Assembly (NCBI GenBank): GCA_964598205.1
Contig: CAZRBB010000004.1
Location: forward strand, 71,156 to 135,155
Length of the DNA stretch: 64,000 bases
Source: an uncultured Candidatus Saccharibacteria bacterium
GTDB taxonomy: Bacteria > Patescibacteriota > Minisyncoccia > CAIUEV01 > JAHKAQ01
Direction of reading: 5' to 3'
Shown: one piece after another, positions 29,715 through 39,187 of the stretch
Layout of the letters: each line of letters opens with the position of its first letter
How positions within the stretch are numbered: the stretch's first letter is position 1
Notes under the pieces: generated by a model
Told to the model about the DNA's origin: nothing
The model's input: the letters and a program-made list of their open reading frames with translations, nothing else
Database searches by the model: none
Translations under genes and position numbers: made by a program

Positions 29715-30459
29715 AAAAGTCTACAATTTAGAAGGTAACGAGCAGGGAGAAATTCGCTTGGAAAAAGAAATTTTTGAAGTGCCTTTTAGCCATGACTTGG
29801 TTTACCAAGTAACTACGGCGCTTCTTTCTAATAAAAGACGACCAACGGCCCACACTAAAGTTAGAGGAGAAATTCGGGGTGGAGGAATAAAGCCTTGGAA
29901 GCAAAAAGGAACAGGTAGAGCCAGAACGGGTTCTATTCGCAATCCTCTTTTTCGGGGTGGTGGAACAATTTTTGGTCCACGCAATACTGCTAATTATCAA
30001 AGAAAGGTCAACAAGAAGGCGCGAAAGAAAGCTTTTGAAATGGTTTTTTCGGAAAAAATAAAAGACAACGAAGTTTTTTTTATTGACAGTTTTATTTTGG
30101 AAAAACCGGTTACCAAGAAAATGATGGTCCTTTTTTCCAAGTTAAAAACTAAAGGAAAGTCGGCGCTAATAGTCTCTTCTTCTAAGAATAAAGAATTGCA
30201 ACTTTCGCTAAGGAATATTAAAAAAACGGCGTATCGATCTTGTGGCAATGTTTCCGTATTAGATCTTTTGAATCATCAATTCTTTTTTTTAGAAAAGGAA
30301 GCGGTAGATTATTACCGGACCAGAAGCGAAAAACCGCTAAATGCTGCTGATTCAAAGAAGGTTGAAAAAAAGGCTAAGACCAAGGATGAAGCTAAGGTTA
30401 AGACTAAGGCGGAGGACAAATTCAAAACTAAAGCGGTAAAAATTAAGAAAACGGAATGA
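29701..30459 (+). CDS. rplD: 50S ribosomal protein L4 with a Lys-rich C-terminal extension of about 70 aa
   Basis: MELIKKVYNLEG...KQKGTGRARTGSIRNPLFRGGGTIFGPR. Start moved to the ATG at 29701 (the ORF-track start overlaps rplC). Confidence 0.85.
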
Positions 30460-30854
30460 CGGGATTAATAGAGAAAATTAAAGACGGTGGCAAAGAAGAA
30501 GCTAGGAAACCAGCTTCCAATATTAAGACTGACCAATCAAAAGATAAATCTAAGCCAGAAGAAAAATCGGTCTTAGGTTCATTTTTGGGACAAGCTTTTG
30601 GAATCTTATTGGGAAGAATTGATACAGAAAAATCAAGCACTGGTGCTTCTTTGGGAAAATATGTTTTTAAAGTAAGCCTAAGAGCAGATAAAGAAAAGGT
30701 AAAAAAATCGGTAGAAAGTTATTTTAACACCAAGGTAAAAAAGGTGAATATTCTAACACTGAATCCTAAAAAGAAGATTTTTAAAGGAGAAGAAGGAATA
30801 AGAAGTGCTTATAAAAAGGCGATTGTTACCCTAAAAGAGGGATTAAGTATCTAA
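30456..30854 (+). CDS. rplW: 50S ribosomal protein L23 with an N-terminal Lys-rich extension
   Basis: C-terminal KYVFKVSLRADKEKVKKSVESYFNTKVKKVNILTL matches L23. Located between rplD and rplB. Confidence 0.75.
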   Translation: MTGLIEKIKDGGKEEARKPASNIKTDQSKDKSKPEEKSVLGSFLGQAFGILLGRIDTEKSSTGASLGKYVFKVSLRADKEKVKKSVESYFNTKVKKVNILTLNPKKKIFKGEEGIRSAYKKAIVTLKEGLSI

Positions 30855-30863
30855 TTAGGCGTT

Positions 30864-31694
30864 ATGTTGATAATTAAGAAAATCAAAAATAGGGGAGTCC
30901 GGATCATGTCTTTTATTAAAGGAGAAGGCGTGGATTATAAGACAAAGCCTCTTAAATCTTTAACCAAGACCCTAAAAAAACGCGGTGGTCGCATGCGATC
31001 AGGAAAAATTTCTGCTTGGCAACGGGGTGGTGGTCAAAGAAGACGATACCGCTTGATTAATTTTAAGGGAGCAGAAGGTTCTTTTAAGGTTGAACGACTA
31101 GAAAAAGATCCTAATCGGAGTGCTTTTATTGCCTTGGTTTCAGACGAAAAAGAAAAAAGGCATTATATGCTAGCCGAAAACTCTTTGCGTTCGGGAGATT
31201 CTTTTAAGATTGGCAAAGAAGCGGAAATTAAAGAAGGTAACAGAACGACTTTATCTAGAATTCCTACTGGTACTTTAGTTTCTAATATTGAACTTTATCC
31301 TGGAGCAGGAGGCAAGATTGCTCGCTCGGCTGGATCTTCTGCGGTAATGATGGGACTAGAAGGCGGTTTGGCACAGCTTAAAATGCCGTCTGGAGAGGTT
31401 CGTCAAGTAAAGGAAAATTGTTTTGCCAATATTGGACCAATGTCTAATCCAGAAAATAGCGCTATGAGAATTGGAAAGGCTGGCCGTAAGCGATTAATGG
31501 GCTGGAGACCGAATGTTAGAGGCAAAGCTATGAATCCAGTTGATCATCCGCACGGTGGAGGTGAAGGCAATCAGCCAATCGGGTTAAAGCATCCCAAAAC
31601 TCCTTGGGGCAAGCCGGCATTGGGAGTTAAGACTAGAAATCCTCGCAAATTAAGCAGTAAATATATCGTTAGTAGAAGAAAACGCAAGCGATAA
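30864..31694 (+). CDS. rplB: 50S ribosomal protein L2
   Basis: NPVDHPHGGGEGN. The start could instead be the internal ATG at 30906. Confidence 0.9.
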   Translation: MLIIKKIKNRGVRIMSFIKGEGVDYKTKPLKSLTKTLKKRGGRMRSGKISAWQRGGGQRRRYRLINFKGAEGSFKVERLEKDPNRSAFIALVSDEKEKRHYMLAENSLRSGDSFKIGKEAEIKEGNRTTLSRIPTGTLVSNIELYPGAGGKIARSAGSSAVMMGLEGGLAQLKMPSGEVRQVKENCFANIGPMSNPENSAMRIGKAGRKRLMGWRPNVRGKAMNPVDHPHGGGEGNQPIGLKHPKTPWGKPALGVKTRNPRKLSSKYIVSRRKRKR

Positions 31695-31703
31695 CCATAA
31701 ACT

Positions 31704-32045
31704 ATGTCTAGAAGTTTAAAAAAAGGCCCATTCGTTGATCCAAGACTCTTAAAAAAGATTCAGAATTTAAAGCAGGGCGAAAGAAGAGTAATTAAGACTT
31801 GGGCAAGGGATTGCGTAATCAGTCCCGAGATGATAGGCTTCGTTTTCGGTGTTCATAACGGCAAGGTTCATTTGGAAGTGGCAGTAACAGAAGAAATGGT
31901 TGGACACAAGCTGGGCGAATTTTCTCCAACAAGAAAATTTGTAAAACACGGAGGCAAAAAGCAACGAGACGCTGAACAAGCAGAGGCCCAAAAAACCGCA
32001 GTAGTTTCTCCCACCAAGCAAGAAGGGGCTAAGAAAAAGAAGTAA
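31704..32045 (+). CDS. rpsS: 30S ribosomal protein S19
   Basis: [19 protein letters not shown]. Confidence 0.95.
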   Translation: MSRSLKKGPFVDPRLLKKIQNLKQGERRVIKTWARDCVISPEMIGFVFGVHNGKVHLEVAVTEEMVGHKLGEFSPTRKFVKHGGKKQRDAEQAEAQKTAVVSPTKQEGAKKKK

Positions 32046-32058
32046 ATAACCATCAAGC

Positions 32059-32616
32059 ATGCAGGTAAGATCTAGATTGCACAATTTTCGAATGTCTTCT
32101 AAAAAAGCACGAATAGCGGCAGATTTAATTAGAGGAATGAAGACTCAAGAGGCAGAGGACCAACTTTTCCATTTGGAAAGTAAGTTGGCGAGCCCACTTT
32201 TAAAGCTGATTCGTTCGGCGGTGGCCAATGGAGTGAACAATTTAGGGTTAGATAAAAATAATTTACGAATAGAAAGAATTAAGGTAGACGAAGGAACTGT
32301 TTTAAAACGCTGGATGCCTCGAGCCCATGGTCGCGCTTTTCCGATTCTAAAAAGATCTTGCCATGTAGAGCTGATTTTAAATGAAGTAGAAGAAGGCAAG
32401 GGAAGAACGGTTAGGGAAAAGGTAAAAGCTCCTTTAATGAGTTATGCCGAGATTAAAAAGATTACCCAAAAGGCAGATGAAATTCTAGAAAAACAGAAGG
32501 GGATGAAAAAGAGCAAAAAGGCTGAAATGGAAAAGAATACTGGAAAGAATTCAGGTTCCAAGCTGGGTAAGGCTGGTGGTGCACTTTCTAAGATGTTTCG
32601 CAGAAAAAGTATTTAA
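32059..32616 (+). CDS. rplV: 50S ribosomal protein L22 with a C-terminal Lys-rich extension
   Basis: SSKKARIAADLIRGMKTQEAEDQL. Confidence 0.85.
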   Translation: MQVRSRLHNFRMSSKKARIAADLIRGMKTQEAEDQLFHLESKLASPLLKLIRSAVANGVNNLGLDKNNLRIERIKVDEGTVLKRWMPRAHGRAFPILKRSCHVELILNEVEEGKGRTVREKVKAPLMSYAEIKKITQKADEILEKQKGMKKSKKAEMEKNTGKNSGSKLGKAGGALSKMFRRKSI

Positions 32617-32621
32617 TTCTT

Positions 32622-33320
32622 ATGGGAAAGAAAATCAATCCAAAAAGTTTTAGGTTGGGAGCAGGAGAAGAGTGGTCTTCCAAATGGTTTAAGTCCAAAG
32701 GCTATGCTCTTTTTTTAAGAGAAGATTTGGCAATCAGAGACTTTATTTTTAAAAAATTAAAGCAAGGGGCCATTAAAGATGTTTTAATTGAAAGATCGGA
32801 AAATTCACTAAAGATTAAGATTTTAGCTGGTCGGCCAGGAGTAGTGATTGGTCGCGGAGGAGTAGGAATAGAAGAAACCAAGAATGGGATTAAGGCAACA
32901 ATGATGTCTGTAAGAAGCACCCAGAAGAAAAATAAAGGGGCTGGTCGAGTAATGGTTGACCTAGAAGTTAAAGAAATAAAAAACTTTGAAGAAAACGCTG
33001 ACTTAGTGGCACAGAATGTAGCCGAGCAGTTGGAAAAAAGAGTTTCTTTTAGAAGAGTTTTAAAATCTACGCTGGATTCTGTTTCTAAGCAAAGAGAAGT
33101 TAAGGGAGTAAAGATTATGATTGCTGGAAGATTAAATGGTGCGGAAATGTGCCGAAGAGAATGGGTGATTAGTGGCGGTATTCCGTTGCATACAATTAGA
33201 GCCAATATTGATTATTCCAAAAAGAATGCTTATACCACTTACGGAGTAATTGGTGTTAAGGTCTGGATTTATAAGGGAGAAATTTTTGATACAGAAGAGA
33301 AAGAATCGATTAATTCCTAA
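32622..33320 (+). CDS. rpsC: 30S ribosomal protein S3
   Basis: MGKKINPKSFRLG...; KH domain. Confidence 0.9.
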   Translation: MGKKINPKSFRLGAGEEWSSKWFKSKGYALFLREDLAIRDFIFKKLKQGAIKDVLIERSENSLKIKILAGRPGVVIGRGGVGIEETKNGIKATMMSVRSTQKKNKGAGRVMVDLEVKEIKNFEENADLVAQNVAEQLEKRVSFRRVLKSTLDSVSKQREVKGVKIMIAGRLNGAEMCRREWVISGGIPLHTIRANIDYSKKNAYTTYGVIGVKVWIYKGEIFDTEEKESINS

Positions 33321-33332
33321 AACTGTTTTGCC

Positions 33333-33740
33333 ATGCTTTTGCCGAAAAAAGTTAAACATAGGAAACAACACAAACGAGCATTCAGTCGCCTTACTAAGAG
33401 AGGTGACGAGGTTAAGTTTGGCAGTTTCGGTTTAAAGGTAATGGAAGCAGATTGGATTACTTCCCGACAGTTAGAAGCAGCACGGAGAGCGCTAACCCGT
33501 TATGTTCAACGCCAAGGAAAGATTTGGATTCGAGTTTTTCCAGATGCACCGATGACTCAAAAAGGGGCGGAAACACCGATGGGTAAAGGGAAAGGAAGCG
33601 TGGATCATTTTGTGGCTTCGGTTTCTCCGGGACGAATTATTTTTGAAATGGATGGTGTAGACGAAAAGACCGCCAGAGAAGCGCTGAAAAGAGCAGGAGA
33701 CAAGCTTTCTGCAAAGACAAAGATTGTTAAAAAACAATAA
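33333..33740 (+). CDS. rplP: 50S ribosomal protein L16
   Basis: MLLPKKVKHRKQHKR. Confidence 0.95.
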   Translation: MLLPKKVKHRKQHKRAFSRLTKRGDEVKFGSFGLKVMEADWITSRQLEAARRALTRYVQRQGKIWIRVFPDAPMTQKGAETPMGKGKGSVDHFVASVSPGRIIFEMDGVDEKTAREALKRAGDKLSAKTKIVKKQ

Positions 33741-33946
33741 TGAAGGCCAAAGAATTAAAAGGAATGAGCCAGAAAAAATTAGAGGAATTGTCGGTGATGA
33801 CCAAAAAAGAGGTAATGGACTTAAAATTCCAATTTTCTTCCGGAAAAAAAGACGGCAATGTGCGGTCTTTGCGGAAAAAAAGAAAGGACTTAGCTAGAAT
33901 TTTGACTTTAATTAAGAAGAAAGACGATGGAAAAGAAATTAAATAA
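33740..33946 (+). CDS. rpmC: 50S ribosomal protein L29
   Basis: MKAKELKGMSQKKLEEL. Confidence 0.85.
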   Translation: MKAKELKGMSQKKLEELSVMTKKEVMDLKFQFSSGKKDGNVRSLRKKRKDLARILTLIKKKDDGKEIK

Positions 33947-34202
33947 AGCGGTGGAAACTTCTGGTAAAAAAATGCAAGGGGTGGTAGTTTCCGACAAAAT
34001 GGATAAAACGATTGTAGTTTCTGTAACGAGCGTAAAGATTCATCCTAAGTATCAAAAAAGATTCAAGCGCAACAAGCGGTATTCCGTTCACGATCCCGAA
34101 AATCAGTACAAGGAAGGTGATGAAGTTTTGTTTACTCCTTCCAAGCCTTTTAGTAAGAATAAGAAATGGCTTGTTTTAGGATTGACCAATAAGAAAAGTT
34201 AA
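33927..34202 (+). CDS. rpsQ: 30S ribosomal protein S17
   Basis: QGVVVSDKMDKTIVVSV. An alternative start at 33972 would remove the overlap with rpmC. Confidence 0.85.
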   Translation: MEKKLNKAVETSGKKMQGVVVSDKMDKTIVVSVTSVKIHPKYQKRFKRNKRYSVHDPENQYKEGDEVLFTPSKPFSKNKKWLVLGLTNKKS

Positions 34203-34212
34203 ATAGAAGTTT

Positions 34213-34578
34213 ATGATTCAACCGGAGACAAAATTAAAAGTAGCAGACAATAGCGGCGCCAAGCTGATTGAATGTTTTAGAGTGCTTGGAGGAACGCGCC
34301 GACGATATGCTCGTTTAGGAGATATTATTGTGGCTTCGGTAAAATCAGCTGAACCAAGAGGTATGGTTAAGAAAAAAGAAGTAGTAAGGGCGGTAATTGT
34401 TCGGCAAAAGGCGGCCTTTAAAAGAAGTGATGGTACTTATATACGATTCGACGATAACGCAGCGATTATTTTAGATGGCAAAGAAATGAAGGCAACGAGA
34501 GTCTTTGGTCCAGTAGCAAGAGAACTAAGAAATAAAGGATTTAAAAAAATTATTTCTTTGGCGCCAGAGGTTTTGTAA
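34213..34578 (+). CDS. rplN: 50S ribosomal protein L14
   Basis: [17 protein letters not shown]. Confidence 0.95.
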   Translation: MIQPETKLKVADNSGAKLIECFRVLGGTRRRYARLGDIIVASVKSAEPRGMVKKKEVVRAVIVRQKAAFKRSDGTYIRFDDNAAIILDGKEMKATRVFGPVARELRNKGFKKIISLAPEVL

Positions 34579-34600
34579 TCAATAATAAAGAATTTATATA

Positions 34601-34906
34601 ATGCGGATCAAAAAAGGAGACATTGTAAAAGTTATTTCCGGTAAAGATAAAGGCTTTAAGGGAGAAGTCCTGAATGTTTTGGCGGCTAAAAATCGATTGG
34701 TGGTAGATGGAGCGAATCTAGTTAAAAAACATTTACGGGGTTCCGGAAAAGATAAAAAAGGTCAACGGGTGGAAGTGCCGGCGCCGCTTGATGTTTCCAA
34801 GGTGCTTCTTTATTGCAATAAATGTGAAAAAGGGGTAAGGTTCGGAATAAAAATTGAGGAAGATGTTAAAAAAAGAATTTGTAAAAAATGCGGTCATGAG
34901 TTATAA
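34601..34906 (+). CDS. rplX: 50S ribosomal protein L24 with a C-terminal C4 zinc-ribbon extension
   Basis: KOW region MRIKKGDIVKVISGKDKGFKGEV. C-terminal CNKC...x18...CKKC. Confidence 0.85.
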   Translation: MRIKKGDIVKVISGKDKGFKGEVLNVLAAKNRLVVDGANLVKKHLRGSGKDKKGQRVEVPAPLDVSKVLLYCNKCEKGVRFGIKIEEDVKKRICKKCGHEL

Positions 34907-35507
34907 GGAAGAAACTTCATCTAAAGAAAAAGCTAAAGAAAGCAATCTTCTTCTGAAATATCGGAAAGAAGTGATTTTTCAAATGAAGGAAAAGTTTGCC
35001 TACAAAAGTGCAATGGCTGTTCCCAGATTGCAAAAAATAGTTTTAAATTCTGGAATTGGACCATGGTTAGAAAAGGGTGCTGAAGTTAAAGAAAGAATTC
35101 TAAAAGATTTAACCGTGATCAGTGGTCAAAAGCCAGTATTTACACTTTCACGGAAAGCTATTTCTAGTTTTAAAATTAGAGAAAGACAGGAAGTGGGAAT
35201 AGTAGTTACTCTTAGGGGTAGGCGCATGTATGATTTTTTAGAAAGACTGATTGTAGAAGCTTTACCTAGAGTAAAAGATTTTCGGGGTATTCCAGAAAAA
35301 AGTTTTGGAAAAGAAGGTAATATTAGCATTGGTCTAAAAGAACATACGGTTTTTGCAGAAATTGACAACGAAAGAACGGACCATGTTTTTGGTTTAGAAA
35401 TTACAGTAGTCAATACTGCTAAAAATAAGGAAGAAGGAATTGCTTTAATGCGCTTTATGGGATTTCCCGTGGAACGCGAAGCAGCTTCTAGTGAGAGAAA
35501 GAAATAA
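34896..35507 (+). CDS. rplE: 50S ribosomal protein L5
   Basis: KEKFAYKSAMAVPRLQKIVLNSGIG. Start ambiguous (34854 TTG, 34863 or 34896 ATG); 34896 minimises the overlap with rplX. Confidence 0.8.
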   Translation: MSYKEETSSKEKAKESNLLLKYRKEVIFQMKEKFAYKSAMAVPRLQKIVLNSGIGPWLEKGAEVKERILKDLTVISGQKPVFTLSRKAISSFKIRERQEVGIVVTLRGRRMYDFLERLIVEALPRVKDFRGIPEKSFGKEGNISIGLKEHTVFAEIDNERTDHVFGLEITVVNTAKNKEEGIALMRFMGFPVEREAASSERKK

Positions 35508-35533
35508 TTAATTTTTACTAATCATTCCAAAAG

Positions 35534-35719
35534 ATGGCCAGGAAAGCTCTGATTGAAAAAGCAGCGAAAAAACCCAAGTTTAGCACCAGAAAGGTTAGCC
35601 GATGTTTTCGGTGTGGACGCAATAAAGGGTATTTACGAAAGTTTGAGCTTTGCCGAATTTGTTTTAGGGAGCTGGCTGAAGAAGGGAATATTCCCGGAGT
35701 GAAAAGGACTTCTTGGTAA
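35534..35719 (+). CDS. rpsN: 30S ribosomal protein S14, zinc-binding type Z
   Basis: 61 aa with CFRCGR...CRIC. Confidence 0.9.
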   Translation: MARKALIEKAAKKPKFSTRKVSRCFRCGRNKGYLRKFELCRICFRELAEEGNIPGVKRTSW

Positions 35720-35731
35720 TTAAAATTTTTC

Positions 35732-36121
35732 ATGGACACTATTTCCGAAATGTTAACCAATATTAAGAACGCTCAAGCAAGGGGGCACGAAGAACTAACG
35801 ATCGCTTATTCGCGGATCAGAGTTGAAATAGCTAAAGTTTTAAAAAGAGAAGGCTATTTGGGAGAATTTCAAATACTAGAAGACGAAGGAAAAAAAGATA
35901 TTAAGATTTTCCTTGTTTATGATGAGGCCGATGCTCCCGCTATTAGAAGCATTAAGAGAGTTTCTAAGCCAGGAAGAAGAGTCTATAAGGGATTTAAGAA
36001 TATTCATCGGGTTTTGAACGGAATGGGGCTTTCGCTTATTTCCACTTCCCAAGGAATCTTAACAGACAAAGAGGCCCGGAAGAAAAAGCTGGGTGGAGAA
36101 ATAATTTGTGAATTATATTAA
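35732..36121 (+). CDS. rpsH: 30S ribosomal protein S8
   Basis: MDTISEMLTNIKNAQ. Confidence 0.9.
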   Translation: MDTISEMLTNIKNAQARGHEELTIAYSRIRVEIAKVLKREGYLGEFQILEDEGKKDIKIFLVYDEADAPAIRSIKRVSKPGRRVYKGFKNIHRVLNGMGLSLISTSQGILTDKEARKKKLGGEIICELY

Positions 36122-36125
36122 TAGA

Positions 36126-36674
36126 ATGTCTAGAATAGGAGTAAAACCGATTGTGATTCCCGAAACTGTGTCTTTAGAAGTTTCTTCTACTAAGATTACC
36201 GTTAAGGGTCCCAAGGGGCAGTTAGAATTGGGACTAAAAAGGGGAGTAAAGATAGAAAAGAAAGAAAAAACGGTGGTTTTGTCTTTAGAAAAAACAACCA
36301 AAGAAGCTAAATCTCTTTGGGGCACTTATTGGGCGTTGATTACGAATATGGTTAAAGGAGTGACAGAAGGTTACGAAAAGAAACTAGAATTAAACGGTAC
36401 TGGTTACAAGGTTTCTGTTTCTGGAAAAAAATTATTACTGGAATTAGGCTATTCTCATCCAATTACCATAGAAGCACCAGAAGGAATCAGTTTTATGGTA
36501 GAAAAGAATGTAATTACTGTTTTGGGAATAGACAAGCAGGTGGTGGGAGAAATTGCCGCTCAAATTCGATCTAAAAGAAAGGTAGAACCCTATAAAGGCA
36601 AAGGATTAAGATATATTGATGAATTTGTTAGAAGAAAGTCTGGTAAAAAAGCAGCTGGAGAAGGTGCTAAATAA
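36126..36674 (+). CDS. rplF: 50S ribosomal protein L6
   Basis: MSRIGVKPIVIPETV. Start set at the ATG at 36126. Confidence 0.9.
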   Translation: MSRIGVKPIVIPETVSLEVSSTKITVKGPKGQLELGLKRGVKIEKKEKTVVLSLEKTTKEAKSLWGTYWALITNMVKGVTEGYEKKLELNGTGYKVSVSGKKLLLELGYSHPITIEAPEGISFMVEKNVITVLGIDKQVVGEIAAQIRSKRKVEPYKGKGLRYIDEFVRRKSGKKAAGEGAK

Positions 36675-36702
36675 TTCAAAAGTTTAAGGATTTAATTATA
36701 TC

Positions 36703-37068
36703 ATGGTCAAGAAAAATAGCCGCAACAATTTAAGAAAATGGCGCAAAAAAAGAGGGAATATTTTTGGAACGGAAGTTCTGCCACGGCTTTCTGTTTTTAG
36801 AAGCAATAAAAATATTTTTGCCCAGTTAGTTAACGACGAAAAAGGAACTTCCTTGGCTGGAGTCCTAAGCTCTAAAGAAAAGGAAGAAAATAAGACTGTG
36901 TCTGCTTTTAAGACTGGGGAAAAGTTGGCAGAGATGGCTCTAAAAAAGGGAATTACCAGAGCGGTTTTTGATCGAAGTGGATATAAATTTCACGGTCGAA
37001 TCAAAGCACTTTTGGAAGGAGCCGAAAAAGCAGGTATTAATTTTAGAAAGTTAAAAGCTAAAAAATAG
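36703..37068 (+). CDS. rplR: 50S ribosomal protein L18
   Basis: RLSVFRSNKNIFAQLVNDEKGTSLA. Confidence 0.9.
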   Translation: MVKKNSRNNLRKWRKKRGNIFGTEVLPRLSVFRSNKNIFAQLVNDEKGTSLAGVLSSKEKEENKTVSAFKTGEKLAEMALKKGITRAVFDRSGYKFHGRIKALLEGAEKAGINFRKLKAKK

Positions 37069-37073
37069 GGGCC

Positions 37074-37586
37074 ATGAACAATAGAAACAACAGCAAAGGA
37101 AAAAAAGATTTTGATCAAAAACTTTTGGATTTGGCCAGAGTCACTAGAGTAGTAAGAGGTGGACGCCGTTTTCGGTTTAGAGCAACGGTAGTAGTGGGTA
37201 ATAAAAAGGGAAAAGTAGGAATTGGAATTGCCAAAGGAGCCGATGTTAGCGATGCTATTAACAAAGCTTTTAATCAAGGCAAAAAAAGACTGGTAGATGT
37301 TAAGGTTAACAAGGAAGGAACGATTGCTCACGCCATTCGGGCCAAGTATAAAAGTGCGGAAGTACTTTTAAGGCCGGCTAAGAAAGGTCGCGGAATTGTA
37401 GTTGGTGGTGCGGTGCGCTTGGTAGTGGAATTGGCTGGCATTACCGATTTAACGGCTAAAATTTTACGCCGTGGTAGCAAGATAGCTAACGCAATGGCTG
37501 CTCTAAAGGGTCTGACTCAAATAAAGGAAAGACCTGTTAGGGAAGAAGAATCAAAAGAGATCCCGGAAATTACTTCCAAGAATTAA
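37074..37586 (+). CDS. rpsE: 30S ribosomal protein S5
   Basis: VTRVVRGGRRFRFRATVVVGNKKGKVGIGIAKG. Confidence 0.9.
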   Translation: MNNRNNSKGKKDFDQKLLDLARVTRVVRGGRRFRFRATVVVGNKKGKVGIGIAKGADVSDAINKAFNQGKKRLVDVKVNKEGTIAHAIRAKYKSAEVLLRPAKKGRGIVVGGAVRLVVELAGITDLTAKILRRGSKIANAMAALKGLTQIKERPVREEESKEIPEITSKN

Positions 37587-37594
37587 GAAAAATC

Positions 37595-38047
37595 ATGCAA
37601 ATTCACGATTTAAAACCGAATAATAAGTTCAAAAAAAGAAAGCGAGTTGGTCGTGGCGGTAAAAGAGGTACTTACAGTGGCAAAGGAATGAAGGGGCAAA
37701 GAGCTCGTTCTGGAACTGGTGGTACTGGTATTGCCGAAAAAGGACGATCTTCTTGGGTTAAGCGAATTCCTAAATTGGGAGGATTTAACGCTGTTAAGTT
37801 ACCTAACATTTTAGTAAAGAGTGAAAAAATAGAAGTACTGTTTGCCGAAGGAGAAACGATTAATCCAGAAACCCTAAAAGCAAAACGCCTTTTGGGTAAT
37901 TTAAAGAAGGGGAGATCTGGAGTGATTCAAAGAGTAAAAATCTTGTATTCCGGAGAGGTAACCAAAAAATTGATTTTTTCTGATTGTATTTTCTCCAAAA
38001 AAGCCAAAGAGACCATAGAAAAGGCTGGCGGTGTAATCTCTAATTAA
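37595..38047 (+). CDS. rplO: 50S ribosomal protein L15
   Basis: RVGRGGKRGTYSGKGMKGQRARSG. No rpmD precedes it and no secY follows it. Confidence 0.9.
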   Translation: MQIHDLKPNNKFKKRKRVGRGGKRGTYSGKGMKGQRARSGTGGTGIAEKGRSSWVKRIPKLGGFNAVKLPNILVKSEKIEVLFAEGETINPETLKAKRLLGNLKKGRSGVIQRVKILYSGEVTKKLIFSDCIFSKKAKETIEKAGGVISN

Positions 38048-38130
38048 AATTTTTAATTTTGAATTTTGAATTTCGAAATAATTTAAAAATTTGAATTTTA
38101 ATTTGAATCGAAATTCAGGATTAAACTTGC

Positions 38131-38200
38131 GCTAATTACAAAAGACTCGCGTAGGCAGACTAAGAGCCTTGTCTGCCCAAGCGAGTCTTTTGTAATTAGC
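38131..38200. terminator. 70-bp palindrome acting as a probable bidirectional terminator; carries the same 18-nt core as the 129-204 palindrome
   Basis: gctaattacaaaagactcgc-gtaggcagactaagagccttgtctgcccaa-gcgagtcttttgtaattagc. Stem gactcgc/gcgagtc followed by T-run. Centre agactaagagccttgtct is the reverse complement of agacaaggctcttagtct. Confidence 0.6.
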
Positions 38201-38209
38201 AGAAATTCC

Positions 38210-39085
38210 CTACTCTTGTAAGTTCGGTTCGGTGATGATTACGCTTTTTTCTCCTAAAAGAATTTTCTTTTTGTCTCCGGGAAAATCGTGAATGCTATCC
38301 ATTAAATTAGAAAAAGGGTAGCGAAAATCTTTACCTCTTTTGGTTCCTGGGTCGTTAGTAATAAACTCCTGCTTTTTGTCGTCGTAACCAATAACTACCA
38401 AGACATGGTAAATTGGTCCTGGCTGTTTAAAGTAAGGATTTAAAAGCATTCGACCAGCGGCAGGAACAATAATGATGCGCTTTTCGTTAAGCCATCCTTT
38501 AAGCTCTTCTGTGGAAGGGTCTTTTTTAATTGTTAAATTATCACCGTAAAAACTATTAGCTAGTGCAACTATTTTATTGGCACTTAAATCGTGATGGCCG
38601 TTAAAATTTTTTGTTTGCCAAGCAACCAAGGCTTGAATTTCTGCTTCGGCTTTTTCGGTGGAAACCGATTCATTCTTTAAAAAATAATGAGCGGTGATTA
38701 AAGAGGCTTCTTCGCAAGCTTCTTCGTGAAGACTATCCCAATTGGCAAACGGCGCCTGCGGAACAAAGGGGGCTTGGTTTTTTAATTTAGACGGCAAGTT
38801 GCTAGTGGAAGGCCTTGGAGGTTCTTGGGGGTCGGCTTTTGATTCGTTATTTGATGTTGGTGGTTCGGCGCTGTCTTTTGGAAGAGTCTCGGCTTTATTG
38901 GGATCGGTTTTGTTTTTTTCGGTTTCTTCTTGATAAATAGAGGAATATTTTTTTTTATTTTGGGAGGTAAAAACAAAGTGCAAACTTTTTTTAAAGAACA
39001 GTCCTAGGATTACAACAACTAAAACAAAGGAGGCCAGAACAGTCCCTAAAAATATAAGGATAAATTTTTTTTGCTTGATTTTCAC
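38210..39085 (-). CDS. Membrane-anchored putative papain-like (C39-like) cysteine peptidase
   Basis: 291 aa. N-terminal TM. Pro/Ser/Thr-rich linker. Candidate Cys (WDSLHEEACEEASL) and His (IYHVLVVIGYDD) in papain-like order. Confidence 0.4.
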   Translation of the reverse strand: MKIKQKKFILIFLGTVLASFVLVVVILGLFFKKSLHFVFTSQNKKKYSSIYQEETEKNKTDPNKAETLPKDSAEPPTSNNESKADPQEPPRPSTSNLPSKLKNQAPFVPQAPFANWDSLHEEACEEASLITAHYFLKNESVSTEKAEAEIQALVAWQTKNFNGHHDLSANKIVALANSFYGDNLTIKKDPSTEELKGWLNEKRIIIVPAAGRMLLNPYFKQPGPIYHVLVVIGYDDKKQEFITNDPGTKRGKDFRYPFSNLMDSIHDFPGDKKKILLGEKSVIITEPNLQE

Positions 39086-39187
39086 CTTTTCATTTTACCA
39101 TAATGAATGTTTTTTAATTCTTTTTTAATTCTTTTTTAATTTTGAGGAGTAGCTTAAATAGCGGAAAGAAAAGAATTAAAAACAAAA

